Source: an uncultured Acidimicrobiia bacterium
Lineage (GTDB): Bacteria; Actinomycetota; Acidimicrobiia; Spongiisociales; ZC4RG35
Assembly (NCBI GenBank): GCA_963772815.1
Contig: CAVYYV010000003.1
Location: 64,765 to 128,764 of the forward strand
Length of the DNA stretch: 64,000 nt
Direction of reading: 5' to 3'
The position numbers were made by a program, and so were the translations under genes. This document shows positions 63,438-64,000 of this stretch, in pieces (the stretch's first letter is position 1; every line of letters starts with the position of its first letter). The notes under the pieces were generated by a model. The model had not been told where the DNA came from and did not search any database. It saw only the letters and a program-made list of their open reading frames with translations.

Positions 63438-64000
63438 GTCGCCAGCGAATCCCGGACGTCGGCCGCTGTCGCCGGGCCCTGGCCGCCGGGTTGCTGGCCG
63501 CATTGCTGACCACCCTCCTGCCCTCGGTGGTCGATGCGACCATCGAGGGACGGACCGGGACCAAGCCGGACTCGACCCTCGGTTCCGGGTCCCCTTCCAT
63601 ATTCGAACTCGAGGGCTCCAGCACCCTACTGACCGACGATCACTACAACCGGCCGCCTCAATTCATCTCGGTGCCCAGGAGTGTGGAAGTCACCGAAGGC
63701 GACCATTTGGAGCTGTCGGTCGAGGCTGCCGATCCGGACGGCGACACGCTCATCTTCAGCGCGTGGGGACTCCCTCCGGGAGCCAAGATCGATCACGAGA
63801 CCGGAACCATCTCGGGCACGGTCAAGACCGGAACCACTCGCAGGACTCCGTATCACGCCGTGATCCAGGTGGTTGACGGCATGGGAGGCAAGGCAAGAGT
63901 GTGCCTGAGGATCATCGTCGATCCCGCCGAGGACCCCGAGCCATCCACCTCCACGACCTCCACCACCACGGAGCCCGCGACCACGACGACCTCCACCACC
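63434..64000 (+). CDS. secreted protein with putative Ig (He_PIG/cadherin-like) domain and S/T-rich tail; 3' end off the window
   Basis: Signal peptide; PQFISVPRSVEVTEGDHLELSVEAADPDGDTLIFSAWGLPPGAKIDHETGTISGT. Confidence 0.6.
   Translation, partial: MSRQRIPDVGRCRRALAAGLLAALLTTLLPSVVDATIEGRTGTKPDSTLGSGSPSIFELEGSSTLLTDDHYNRPPQFISVPRSVEVTEGDHLELSVEAADPDGDTLIFSAWGLPPGAKIDHETGTISGTVKTGTTRRTPYHAVIQVVDGMGGKARVCLRIIVDPAEDPEPSTSTTSTTTEPATTTTSTT

Overview
High-GC (~68%) actinobacterial chromosomal segment, judged by the qcrCAB cytochrome bc1 operon, a WhiB-family regulator, F420-dependent LLM enzymes and the DUF3090/SCO1664 gene set. Most of it is housekeeping. One end is a partial aquaporin. Next is metH behind an S-box (SAM-I) riboswitch. 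RNase P RNA (rnpB) follows with a strong downstream hairpin. Two tandem lipoproteins precede qcrCAB. The window also carries otsA, a yedK-like SRAP peptidase and a carotenoid-cleavage-dioxygenase + two-thiolase + TetR cluster. Other genes are Nif3 with its zinc-ribbon partner, UPF0182, a Wzm/Wzt exporter, a class III adenylate cyclase, a sigma-70 factor with whiB, pgi-zwf, pncA/pncB, ABC transporters and histidine kinases. Four things stand out. (1) An AhpD/CMD-family gene has an in-frame TGA exactly at the second Cys of the CxxC(x3)H motif, followed by a hairpin whose GGUCU loop sits at the same distance from the UGA as in the E. coli fdhF SECIS; this is a probable selenoprotein. (2) An intact tRNA-Val(TAC) and a 62-nt direct repeat of its 3' half bracket a ~1.9 kb single-gene mini-island encoding a 454-aa protein with an N-terminal PD-(D/E)xK-like motif and no integrase. 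(3) An intact IS1182-family element with 15-bp terminal inverted repeats abuts the stop codon of a cyclase gene. (4) A LiaF-like / LuxR regulator / PspC-domain kinase / PspC-DUF4097 envelope-stress locus. I also found nine apparent frameshifts in eight otherwise conserved genes, several at G homopolymers. This looks more like indel sequencing or assembly error than pseudogenisation, but it needs read-level checking. No rRNA, CRISPR array or prophage-like block was seen.
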